Below, piece by piece: positions 40,335 to 48,979 of a stretch of DNA of 64,000 nucleotides (positions are counted from its first letter, which is position 1; the number at the start of each line of letters is the position of its first letter). Both the position numbers and the translations under genes were made by a program. Source of the stretch: an uncultured Solirubrobacterales bacterium (GTDB lineage: Bacteria; Actinomycetota; Thermoleophilia; Solirubrobacterales; Solirubrobacteraceae); the NCBI GenBank assembly GCA_963743645.1, contig CAVUQT010000006.1, positions 24,238 through 88,237 of the forward strand, in the 5' to 3' direction. The notes below the pieces were generated by a model. That model was not told the origin of the DNA. It searched no databases and saw nothing but the letters and a program-made list of their open reading frames with translations.

Positions 40335-40477
40335 GCCTCGCCGCATGCGGCGAGGCAGGCAGGGTCGCATGCGACCCTGCCTCGGGGGCGCGCATGCGCG
40401 CCCCCGCCGTTGGCGCATGCGCCAACGGCTGACGTGCCGCATGCGGCACGTCACGGGGCTGTACATGTACAGCCCCG
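40335..40477. repeat. Array of six abutting perfect palindromes (22-26 bp) with variable arms and constant RCATGY core
   Basis: Units at 40335-40356, 40357-40382, 40383-40406, 40407-40428, 40430-40453 and 40454-40477. Each was checked base by base as its own reverse complement. Confidence 0.97.
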
Positions 40478-40611
40478 GACAACATCAAGCCTAATCAGCA
40501 TGCGCGGCACACTGCTTCAGCGGGGCGCATTCGGAGCTGCATGTGCGGCTCTGCCGGACACGCGACTACTCTGGGGGGCGATCAGTTCGTCGTAAGCTCA
40601 GGAGGAGGACA

Positions 40612-41139
40612 ATGGCCGACTGGAGCCAAAACACGAACAAGTTGCGCGAGCTGATCCTGTTCATCGCGGACAGCTGCGCTGACGAGCTGGTCGGTGACAT
40701 CTATCTGAACAAGGTGCTGTTTTTCTCTGATGCTTTCGCCCTGCAGCATCTGGGCGAGCCGATCACGGGCGCCCGCTATCAAAAGCTGCCCTTCGGTCCT
40801 GCGGCACGGGCGCTTGTGCCTCTACGCAATGAAATGATCGCGGACGGCGATGTCGCGATTGAGATGATCGGCAAACGTCGGGTTACGCGCGCTCTGCGAA
40901 AGCCCGATACATCGCTCTTCTCGGCTGACGAGATCGAGATGGTCGAACGCGTCATGGATCTGTTCCGTGGGTACTCCGCGACTGTGGTGAGCGATGCGTC
41001 GCACGATCTGTCGCCTGGGTGGAATCTTGTCGAGATCGGCGAGGACATTCCACTGCAAAGCCAGCTCATCTCCACGGCTCCTCCATCTCAAGAGGTTTTG
41101 CGGCGTGGACGTGAGCTGGCCGAGAAGTTCGACTGGTAG
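40612..41139 (+). CDS. Panacea-domain (DUF4065/SocA/GepA-like) antitoxin
   Basis: KLRELILFI...LNKVLFFSD...G.PITG..Y.KLPFGP...SH...W motifs, with RBS AGGAGGAGG. Confidence 0.85.
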   Translation: MADWSQNTNKLRELILFIADSCADELVGDIYLNKVLFFSDAFALQHLGEPITGARYQKLPFGPAARALVPLRNEMIADGDVAIEMIGKRRVTRALRKPDTSLFSADEIEMVERVMDLFRGYSATVVSDASHDLSPGWNLVEIGEDIPLQSQLISTAPPSQEVLRRGRELAEKFDW

Positions 41140-41148
41140 GCGGCCCTC

Positions 41149-41472
41149 GTGCTACGCCGCTGGGTCGTGACATACGGCCCCGAGTTCGATAGCTCGAAGC
41201 GAGCATGTGACGTTCCGCCAGATCGACTCAGATTGCACCTTGAAGCGTTCGAGCTCGATCTGGAAAGAGACCCCCTGCGCTACTCCGAACCGTTCGCGGG
41301 CGAGTCACGCCGGGTCATCGAGACGACGGACTACACCGGAGACGGATTTGTTCTAACGGCATACGTCGTCCTCTATGGGAACTTCACCGCTGAAATCAAG
41401 TGGATCGAGAAGACGCCGCTCTCCGACGAAGACATCGAGGAAAGTGATCCCGACGACCGTGATCCACGCTGA
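41149..41472 (+). CDS. Putative cognate toxin, RelE/ParE-like size and layout
   Basis: 107 aa, 9 nt downstream of the Panacea gene. Layout is WVVTYGPEF, helix, LERDP, then three beta strands. The fold is inferred. Confidence 0.55.
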   Translation: MLRRWVVTYGPEFDSSKRACDVPPDRLRLHLEAFELDLERDPLRYSEPFAGESRRVIETTDYTGDGFVLTAYVVLYGNFTAEIKWIEKTPLSDEDIEESDPDDRDPR

Positions 41473-41534
41473 TCAGGTCTACTGGCGTGACGGTACGCTC
41501 GCACGACAACCCGAAGTCGGTCTGCAGGCGTTCC

Positions 41535-43268
41535 CTACCGCGGCAGCCCCCGCCCCAGCATGCGCGCTCGTACGCGCACGAGCGCGGGGCCGCCCTGTCG
41601 CCATGCGCGCCCGCGATCGCCCTTGCGCGAGGAGCGCAGCCGCGCGACCGCCCGCGCCGCGCGGACGGTCGTCTCGTCGTAGGGCCCCCACCACAGGCCG
41701 CGCAGTCCTGGCGGGCTCCACGCGATCAGCTTCTCCTGCGCGCACGCGCGCAGCCCGCTCTCGCCGAGCGTCTTGCCGAGACCGCCCCCGGCCGCGGCCC
41801 CCCACGGCCCGCGCGCCAGGGTGGGCCCGGGCAGGTGGTCGTTGCACCACACCATGCCCGCCTGCAGCTCGCGCGCGATCCGCATCCCGCGGTAGCGATC
41901 GGCCGTCCACACCGACGCGCCCAGCCCGTAGTCGCAGTCGTTGGCCAGCGCGATCGCGTGCTCGACCGAGTCGACCTCGACGACCGCCAGCACCGGTCCG
42001 TCCAGGGGCTCGCGCATGAGTCGCATGTCCTGCCTGACGGATGTGATCACCGCCGGGGCGTAGAACGCCCCCGAGCATCCCGGCGGCGCGTCGATCGCGC
42101 CGCCGCAGCGCAGCTCGGCGCCCTGCGCGACCGCCTCGCCGACCAGCTCGGTCACGTGCTCGCGCCGGCGCTCGGATGCCAGCGGCCCCACCTGCACGCG
42201 CGGATCGGCGGGGTCGCCAACCGACAGCCCGCGCGCACAGCTCACCAGGCGCGCCACGAACGGCTCGGCCACCGTCCGCTCGACGTACACCCGCTCGACC
42301 GCCCCGCGCGCCTGCCCCGCGCCCGCGCATCCCGCCCACAGGGCGCCGTCCACGGCATGCCCCAGGTCGGCGTCGGCGAGCACGAGCATCGCGTCCTTGC
42401 CGCCCAGCTCGACCGTCACCTCCGTCTCGCGCGACACACATTCTCGCGCCACCGTCCGTCCGATCGCCGGCGAGCCGGTGAACAGCACCTTGCCGACGGG
42501 CGCCCGCGCGAGCGCGACGCCCACCCGTGCGCCGCCGTGCGCGATCGCCACCAGCCCCTCGGGCAGGCCCGCCCGACCCAGCACTCGCATGATCGCCTCG
42601 CCCGCCAGGCAGGCCCGCCGCGCGGGCTTGACGACGACCCCGTTGCCCGCCAGCAGCGCTCCCGCGATCTGTCCCAGCGGCTGCGCAAACGGCGCGCTGC
42701 CCGCTCCGATGACGCCGATCGTGCCGTACGGCTCGTATGCGATCCGCGTGCGCTTGCCGATCGCCGGCGAGCGGCTCAGCAGCGGCATGCCGATTCGCCG
42801 GCCGCCAAGCATCTCGCCGCCCTCCTCGGCGATCCAGCTCAGCGCGTCGATCGCCGCCAGCAGCTCGAGCGTCGCGATCTCCGCGCGCGGGCGGCCCTGC
42901 TCGCGCGCGATCTCCGCCTCCAGCGTGTCGAACTCGTCCACGATCGCCTGCGCCATCCGGCGCATGTACCTGGCGCGGTCCACCACCCGCAGCAGGGCCC
43001 ACAGCGGTTGCACCTGCGCCACGCCCGCCACGACCTCGTCGATCCGCTCCGGCGGGGTTGCCTGCACCTCGCCCAGGATCGCGCCCGTCGCGGGATCGCG
43101 GGCGAGCAGCGTGCGCTCGTCGCGCGCCTCGTCGGCGATCCCGTCCGGTCTCACGGCCCCGCCTGGTCCCGGGGCCCCGTCTGGTCCCACGGCCCCGCCT
43201 GGTCCCGGGGCCCCGCCTGGCCCCGGGACCTCGGCCGGGGCGGCGTGCCTGTCTGCCGCTGTGCTCAT
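41535..43268 (-). CDS. Aldehyde dehydrogenase-family protein lacking catalytic Cys/Asn
   Basis: FTGS, ELGGKD and YGLGASVWT are retained. GQARGA replaces GQxC and GAGSAP replaces PWNxP. Confidence 0.85.
   Translation of the reverse strand: MSTAADRHAAPAEVPGPGGAPGPGGAVGPDGAPGPGGAVRPDGIADEARDERTLLARDPATGAILGEVQATPPERIDEVVAGVAQVQPLWALLRVVDRARYMRRMAQAIVDEFDTLEAEIAREQGRPRAEIATLELLAAIDALSWIAEEGGEMLGGRRIGMPLLSRSPAIGKRTRIAYEPYGTIGVIGAGSAPFAQPLGQIAGALLAGNGVVVKPARRACLAGEAIMRVLGRAGLPEGLVAIAHGGARVGVALARAPVGKVLFTGSPAIGRTVARECVSRETEVTVELGGKDAMLVLADADLGHAVDGALWAGCAGAGQARGAVERVYVERTVAEPFVARLVSCARGLSVGDPADPRVQVGPLASERRREHVTELVGEAVAQGAELRCGGAIDAPPGCSGAFYAPAVITSVRQDMRLMREPLDGPVLAVVEVDSVEHAIALANDCDYGLGASVWTADRYRGMRIARELQAGMVWCNDHLPGPTLARGPWGAAAGGGLGKTLGESGLRACAQEKLIAWSPPGLRGLWWGPYDETTVRAARAVARLRSSRKGDRGRAWRQGGPALVRVRARMLGRGLPR
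43155..43226 (-). repeat. In-frame 18-bp tandem repeat x4 (PGPGGA)
   Basis: GGCCCCGCCTGGTCCCGG-type units. Confidence 0.85.
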
Positions 43269-43308
43269 AGGTATCCCATCGGCCCGATTATGGCCCACCC
43301 GTAGCGCA

Positions 43309-44775
43309 TCATCGTCCGCGCATCCGGCGCACTTCCTCCAACCGCCGCTGCAGTTGCACTTCCGCTTCGCCGGGCACGTAGAAGCGCGCCCCGACGACGC
43401 TCTCGGGCAGCAGCTCCTGCGGCGACACCTGCCCCGGATGGTCGTGTGGATAGTCATAGCCGCCGACCTCCTGCCCGGGCCGCGCGCCCGGGCGCAGCCA
43501 ACCCGGCACGGGCGCCGCTCCGTGCTCGCGCACGTGTCTCTGTGCCGCGCCCAGCGAGCTGCCGGCGGCGTTTGACTTCGGCGCCAGCGCCAGGTAGACG
43601 GCCGTCTGCGCGAGCGCGAATTTGGCCTCCGGCATGCCCACGTGCTCGACCGCGTGCGCAGCCGCGACCGCTACCGAAAGCGCGCCCGGGTCGGCGTTGC
43701 CGATGTCCTCGGAGGCGAGGATCACCATCCGCCGCACGATGAACCGCGGGTCCTCGCCGCCCTCGAGCATCACCGCCAGGTAGTACAGCGACGCATCCGG
43801 ATCGGACCCGCGCGTGGCCTTGATCCACGCCGAGATGCAGTCGTAGTGGCGGTCGCCCTGTTTGTCATACAGCACCGCCTTGCGCTGCAGCGCGTCCTCG
43901 ACCCGGGCGATGCCCACATGTCCCTCGCCGAGCTCTCGGGCCGTCTCCAGCGCCAGCTCGAGCGCGTTCAGGGCAGTGCGCGCGTCACCTGCGCTGCGCG
44001 CGGCCAGGAACTCGATCGCCTCCTCGTCCACCTGCACCGCGGCGGCGGGCGTCGCGTCGCCATGGCGCCCGTCCCGGGCGTCCGTCCCGTTGTCGGACCG
44101 TCTCGCGCGCGCCTGCGTCGCGTCGCCATGGCGCCCATCCTGGGCGTCCGTCCCGCTGTCGGACCGTCTCGCGCGCGCCTGCGCCGCGTCCCGGTCCATT
44201 GCGCGGCGCAGCACGGTCGCCACCTCCTGCGCGGTGAGCGCCTGCAGCGCATACACCCGCACGCGCGACAGCAGCGCGCCGTTGACCTCGAACGCGGGGT
44301 TCTCGGTCGTCGCGCCGATCAGCGTTATCAGCCCGTCCTCGACCGCCGGCAGCAGCGCGTCCTGCTGGGCCTTGTTGAAACGGTGGATCTCGTCCAGGAA
44401 GAACACCGTTCGTGTTCCGCTCGCGCGCCGGTGCGCGGCGCGCTCGATCACCGCGCGCACCTCCGCACGTCCCGCCTGCACGGCGCTCAGCTCCTCGAAC
44501 GCCGCGTTCGAGTTCGTGGCCACCATCCGCGCCAGCGTCGTCTTGCCAGATCCCGGCGGCCCGTACAGGACCATCGAGTGCGGCTTGCCCTGCTCGATCG
44601 CCGTGCGCAGCCCCGAGCCCTCGCCCAGCAGGTGGCCCTGCCCGACGAACTGCTCCAGCTCCGCCGGGCGCATCCTCACCGCCAGCGGATGCGCCTCGGA
44701 CGGCTCATCGGCCTGAGCGCGTGACCGGGGGCCTGATCCGGGAGCGGCGGGATCGTCCTCGAACAGGGTCTCCAT
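43309..44775 (-). CDS. rarA: Replication-associated recombination protein A (MgsA)
   Basis: PLAVRMRP, GPPGSGKTT, DEIHRFNKAQQD, GATTENP, ASEDIGNADP and YDYPHD motifs. Confidence 0.95.
   Translation of the reverse strand: METLFEDDPAAPGSGPRSRAQADEPSEAHPLAVRMRPAELEQFVGQGHLLGEGSGLRTAIEQGKPHSMVLYGPPGSGKTTLARMVATNSNAAFEELSAVQAGRAEVRAVIERAAHRRASGTRTVFFLDEIHRFNKAQQDALLPAVEDGLITLIGATTENPAFEVNGALLSRVRVYALQALTAQEVATVLRRAMDRDAAQARARRSDSGTDAQDGRHGDATQARARRSDNGTDARDGRHGDATPAAAVQVDEEAIEFLAARSAGDARTALNALELALETARELGEGHVGIARVEDALQRKAVLYDKQGDRHYDCISAWIKATRGSDPDASLYYLAVMLEGGEDPRFIVRRMVILASEDIGNADPGALSVAVAAAHAVEHVGMPEAKFALAQTAVYLALAPKSNAAGSSLGAAQRHVREHGAAPVPGWLRPGARPGQEVGGYDYPHDHPGQVSPQELLPESVVGARFYVPGEAEVQLQRRLEEVRRMRGR
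44049..44190 (-). repeat. In-frame 66-bp duplication inside rarA
   Basis: DAAQARARRSDSGTDAQDGRHG / DATQARARRSDNGTDARDGRHG. Confidence 0.85.
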
Positions 44776-44937
44776 GGCAATCAGTATTCCGCGCCGCGCC
44801 CGCGGTGCCGGCTCGCGCAACAGGCGCGTACGCGTCGAATGCGGCTTCAGGTTCTTCAGGAGGTTGCCGACGAGTACGTGTCGAACCTTGTACCCGGTGT
44901 TTCATGTGGTGACCAAACTGCGGGACGGAGCCTCCCG

Positions 44938-45924
44938 ATGAGCGTCGGCGCGGCCGAGCTGCTGCCGGGCGCGGGTGGACGCCTGGACAACCGCCTCGAC
45001 GGTGCGGGCGGGATCTCGTACGTCGCGCGCTCGCCCCTGCAGCTGTTCTGGCGGCGCTTTCGCCGCGATCGCGTGGCGCTCGTCTCGCTCGGGTTCATCG
45101 TGGGGCTGATCGTCGTCGCGATCGCCGCGCCGCTGGTCGTCTCACTGCTCGGCCTGCCCGGCCCGAACGTGCAGAACCTCAACCTGACGAACTCGTTCGG
45201 CAGCCCGCTCGGGCCCAGCTCGGCCCACCCGTTCGGTGTGGACCCGCTCGGACAGGATGTCGCCTCGCGCGTGATCTACGGCACGCGCGTGTCGCTGATC
45301 GTGGGCATCGTCGGCACGGGCATAGCCACGGTGCTCGGCACGATCGTCGGCCTGCTCGCCGGCTACTACCGCGGTTGGACCGACACCCTGCTCTCGCGCA
45401 TGGTCGATGTCGTGCTGGCGGTTCCGGTTCTGCTGCTCGGCCTCGGTCTGGGCGCCGCCTGCGAGGTGCGCGGCTGTCTCGGGGGCCACGTCCAGTCGGG
45501 CCTTGGCGTGATCATCTTTCTGATCGCCCTGGTCAACTGGACGTACATCGCGCGCATCGTCCGCGGTCTCGTGCTGTCGCTGCGCGAGCAGGAGTTCGTC
45601 GAGGCGGCGCGCTCGCAGGGGGCGTCGGACACGCGCATCATGGGGCGCGAGATCCTGCCCAACCTGTTCGCGCCGATCATCGTCTACGCGAGCCTGCTGA
45701 TCCCGCAGAACATCCTGCTCGAGGCGGCTCTGTCGTTTCTCGGCGTCGGCGTGCGCCCGCCCACCGCCAGCTGGGGCCAGATGATCGCCGCCGCGACGCC
45801 GATCTTCAGTACCGCCTGGTGGTACATGGTCTTTCCCGGCATCGCCCTGCTGTTGACCGTGCTCGCGTTCAACCTGCTCGGCGACGGCCTGCAGGACGCT
45901 CTCAATCCGAGGCTCGCGCGATGA
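44938..45924 (+). CDS. Oligo/dipeptide ABC permease (OppC/DppC)
   Basis: HPFGVDPLGQD, YGTRVSL, EFVEAARSQG and EAALSFLG motifs. Confidence 0.93.
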   Translation: MSVGAAELLPGAGGRLDNRLDGAGGISYVARSPLQLFWRRFRRDRVALVSLGFIVGLIVVAIAAPLVVSLLGLPGPNVQNLNLTNSFGSPLGPSSAHPFGVDPLGQDVASRVIYGTRVSLIVGIVGTGIATVLGTIVGLLAGYYRGWTDTLLSRMVDVVLAVPVLLLGLGLGAACEVRGCLGGHVQSGLGVIIFLIALVNWTYIARIVRGLVLSLREQEFVEAARSQGASDTRIMGREILPNLFAPIIVYASLLIPQNILLEAALSFLGVGVRPPTASWGQMIAAATPIFSTAWWYMVFPGIALLLTVLAFNLLGDGLQDALNPRLAR

Positions 45925-45965
45925 CGCGATCCGCCACATACAGGCCACATACAGGAGGGGTATCA

Positions 45966-47765
45966 GTGTCTGAGTCAATCAGCAGGTCAGTGTCGGCCGC
46001 GCTCGTCGGGGGCGCGCTCGTACTGTTTGCGCTCGGGCTTACCGCGTGTGGCTCCAGCGGCGCCGCGGCTCCGAGCTCCAGTGGCATCAGCGCGCCTCCC
46101 GGGGTCCAGACTCCAGTGAGCGAGTCCCAGAGCGGGGGCGTCCGCGGTGGCACGCTGACGGTGCTCAACCACGAGGACTTCGAACATCTCGACCCGGGCC
46201 AGGCCTATTTCTCGATCGACTACGAGGCGATGTACGCGACCCAGCGCCCGCTGTACTCGTACAAGCCCAACACGTTCGCCACGCCCACCCCCGATATGGC
46301 TTCGGGCCCGCCGCAGATCTCATCCGACCGTAAGACCGTCACGGTCCAGATCCGCTCGGGCGTGCACTTCAGCCCGCCTGTCAACCGCGAAGTCACATCG
46401 GCGGACGTCGCCTACGCGATCGAGCGCGGCGCGAACCCGAACGTGCCCAACCCGTATTTCTCCACTTACTTCGGCTCGCTGGAAGGCGCGAGCAAGGCCA
46501 AGGGCGGGCCGATCCCCGGTATCACCACGCCGGACAGTCATACGATCGTGTTTCACCTCACAGAACCCAAGGCGCCGATCCTCGCCGCTGCGCTCGTGCT
46601 GCCGCTGAGCGCGCCCGTGCCCGAGGAATTCGCGAAGAAGCACGACGCGCACAGCCCGACCGAATACGGCAACTACCTGGTCGCGACCGGGCCGTACATG
46701 TTCAAGTCCAACAGCGAAGGTCGCGTGCTGGGGATCGGATATCAGCCCGGCAAGTCGGCGACGCTCGTGCGCAACCCCAACTGGAGCGCCTCCACCGACT
46801 TTCGCCCGGCGTACCTGAACCAGATCAACATCCAGATCGGCGGTGACACGAACATCATCGGCCGGCAGGTGCTGGAAGGCTCACACATGATCGAGAACGA
46901 CGAAGTCGCGCAGGCGACGGTCCAGCTCGCGTATGAAAAATTCCGCTCTCAGCTGGAGATCTCTCCTGGGGCCGGCACGAACTACATCGCGGTCAACAAT
47001 CACCAGGGCCCGTTCGCCAACGTAAACACGCGCAAGGCGTTGTGGGCGGCGCTGAACCGCGTCGCGATCAACAAGGCCCGCGGTGGCGAACTGGTGACGA
47101 ACGTGATGACCCACTTCATCTATCCCGAAATCCCCGGCTTCGAACAGGCCGGTGGCCTCGCCGGCCCGCGCGTGGATTACAACGACTATCCGACGGGCAA
47201 CGCCCAGGTGGCGGCCAAGTACATGCGCCTGGCCGGCTATCCCAGCGGCTCCTATACGGGCAATGCCACGCTGCAGATCGTCGGCGCCACCGGCAGCCCG
47301 ACCGCCGAGGAAGCGGAAATCGTCAACCAGACGCTCAAGAGTCTGGGCTTCAAAACGAAGCTCAGCCTCGTCGACAAGTCGGTCATGTACTCGAAGTTCT
47401 GCGGCACCCCGTCGGAAGAGATCGACGTCTGCCCCAACGTCGGCTGGGCCGCGGACTTCGGCGACCCGCAGGCGGTGCTCGACGTCCCGTTCAACGGCAC
47501 GCACATCGAATCCACCAACAACTCCAACTGGGGTCAGGTGAACGATCCGACGATCAACCGGCACATGGCCGCCGCCGAACTGGTCGTGGGCACGCAGGCG
47601 CGCGCGGCGGCATGGGCCGCGATCGACCGCGAACTGGTCGCTCAGGCCGCCGCGATCCCGTTTGCGTGGGACAAGCAGCCGAACATCGAGGCCCACGACG
47701 TGGCCGGCGTCGGCGATGTATGGAACCTCGGCGCGTGGGACTACAGCTATACGTCGCTGAAGTGA
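45966..47765 (+). CDS. Peptide ABC transporter substrate-binding lipoprotein (family 5)
   Basis: Lipobox LTAC, LDPG, VTSADVAYAIER and ATGPY motifs, with RBS AGGAGGG. Confidence 0.92.
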   Translation: MSESISRSVSAALVGGALVLFALGLTACGSSGAAAPSSSGISAPPGVQTPVSESQSGGVRGGTLTVLNHEDFEHLDPGQAYFSIDYEAMYATQRPLYSYKPNTFATPTPDMASGPPQISSDRKTVTVQIRSGVHFSPPVNREVTSADVAYAIERGANPNVPNPYFSTYFGSLEGASKAKGGPIPGITTPDSHTIVFHLTEPKAPILAAALVLPLSAPVPEEFAKKHDAHSPTEYGNYLVATGPYMFKSNSEGRVLGIGYQPGKSATLVRNPNWSASTDFRPAYLNQINIQIGGDTNIIGRQVLEGSHMIENDEVAQATVQLAYEKFRSQLEISPGAGTNYIAVNNHQGPFANVNTRKALWAALNRVAINKARGGELVTNVMTHFIYPEIPGFEQAGGLAGPRVDYNDYPTGNAQVAAKYMRLAGYPSGSYTGNATLQIVGATGSPTAEEAEIVNQTLKSLGFKTKLSLVDKSVMYSKFCGTPSEEIDVCPNVGWAADFGDPQAVLDVPFNGTHIESTNNSNWGQVNDPTINRHMAAAELVVGTQARAAAWAAIDRELVAQAAAIPFAWDKQPNIEAHDVAGVGDVWNLGAWDYSYTSLK

Positions 47766-47895
47766 CGTGCAGAGCTGCGAGATTCCGATGATCAGGCATT
47801 GCGACGATGGTGATATATGAGTTAAAGGAGACGTCCCGGGGAACGGCTCTCGTCGACTCGCGCGGGGATGCGCGGTATCCACTGGAACCGGCGAC

Positions 47896-48858
47896 ATGAC
47901 CCAGTACATCGTCAGGCGCATCCTGTGGGGCGTGCTGCTGCTGATCTTGGTGTCGGCGTTGACGTTCGTGCTGTTCCGGATCCTGCCCACCGCCGAACCG
48001 GCACGGTTGCGCGCCGGGCACAACGCGAGCCCCAAGGTGATCGCCGAGCTGCGGGTGGACCTCGGGCTGAACAAGCCGCTGATCACGCAGTTCTGGCTGT
48101 ATATGAAGGGCTTGTTCCTGCACTTCGATCTCGGCTACAGCTACACCAGCGGCGCGTCGGTCAAGAGCCTGATATTCGACCGCCTGCCCGCGACGCTGTC
48201 GCTGACGCTGGGGTCGGCGATCATCTGGCTGGCGATCGGGCTGCCGCTCGGGATCGTCTCGGCGCTGCGCCGGCGCACGCGCACCGATCGCGCCTCGATG
48301 GGGGCCGCGCTGCTGTTCATATCGGCGCCGGAATACTGGTTGGGCCTGATCGTGCTGTACCTGTTCGCCGCGGACATCGGCCAGATCAAGGTTCTGCCCG
48401 GGGCAGGCTCCTACGCCGGCCTGACCGCCGATCCGTCGAAATGGCTGACCTCGCTGATCCTGCCCTGGCTCGTGCTCGCCGCCGGGTTCGCCGCCGTGTA
48501 TGCGCGGCTGATGCGCGGCAGCCTGATCGAGACGATGGGCCAGGATTACATCCGCACCGCCCGCGCCAAGGGCCTGCCCGAGCGCCAGGTCGTCCTGCGC
48601 CACGGTGTGCGTCCGGCGATCACGCCGATCCTGACGATATTCGCGCTCGACGTGGGCGTTCTGCTCGGCGGCGCGGTGCTGATCGAGACGGTGTTCCAGA
48701 TCCCGGGTATCGGCCGCCTGAACTACGACGCGATAACTCACGCCGATTTTCCGATCATCCAGGGCACGGTGCTGCTCGCCGCGCTGTTCATCATCGTCGC
48801 GAACATCCTCGTGGACATCGCGTATGCCTATCTCGACCCGCGGGTTCGCTTTTCGTGA
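47896..48858 (+). CDS. Oligo/dipeptide ABC permease (OppB/DppB)
   Basis: DLGYSY, RLPATLSL, DYIRTARAKGL and ETVFQIPGIG motifs. Confidence 0.94.
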   Translation: MTQYIVRRILWGVLLLILVSALTFVLFRILPTAEPARLRAGHNASPKVIAELRVDLGLNKPLITQFWLYMKGLFLHFDLGYSYTSGASVKSLIFDRLPATLSLTLGSAIIWLAIGLPLGIVSALRRRTRTDRASMGAALLFISAPEYWLGLIVLYLFAADIGQIKVLPGAGSYAGLTADPSKWLTSLILPWLVLAAGFAAVYARLMRGSLIETMGQDYIRTARAKGLPERQVVLRHGVRPAITPILTIFALDVGVLLGGAVLIETVFQIPGIGRLNYDAITHADFPIIQGTVLLAALFIIVANILVDIAYAYLDPRVRFS

Positions 48859-48979
48859 TCATCTCGTCACCCCTGGCTGTGTCCTCAGTCGCTCGCGTAC
48901 CTACGCCACGCTCCCTGCGTCCTTGCCAGGAACGACGATCTGACCCCGAAAAGGGTCTCTGTGAAGGATCGGTCTCACC

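Noticed and set aside
40335-40477. Calling the palindrome array a CRISPR or TIGR array
   Set aside because: The constant part is only 6-8 bp, the variable parts are self-complementary within each unit, and no cas or Nop-domain gene is visible in the window.
40132-40595. N-terminal extension of ORF 39460..40488 and ORF 40239..40595 as proteins
   Set aside because: Both read through the palindromes, giving the same peptides on both strands, and homology of the dehydrogenase begins at ATG 40131.
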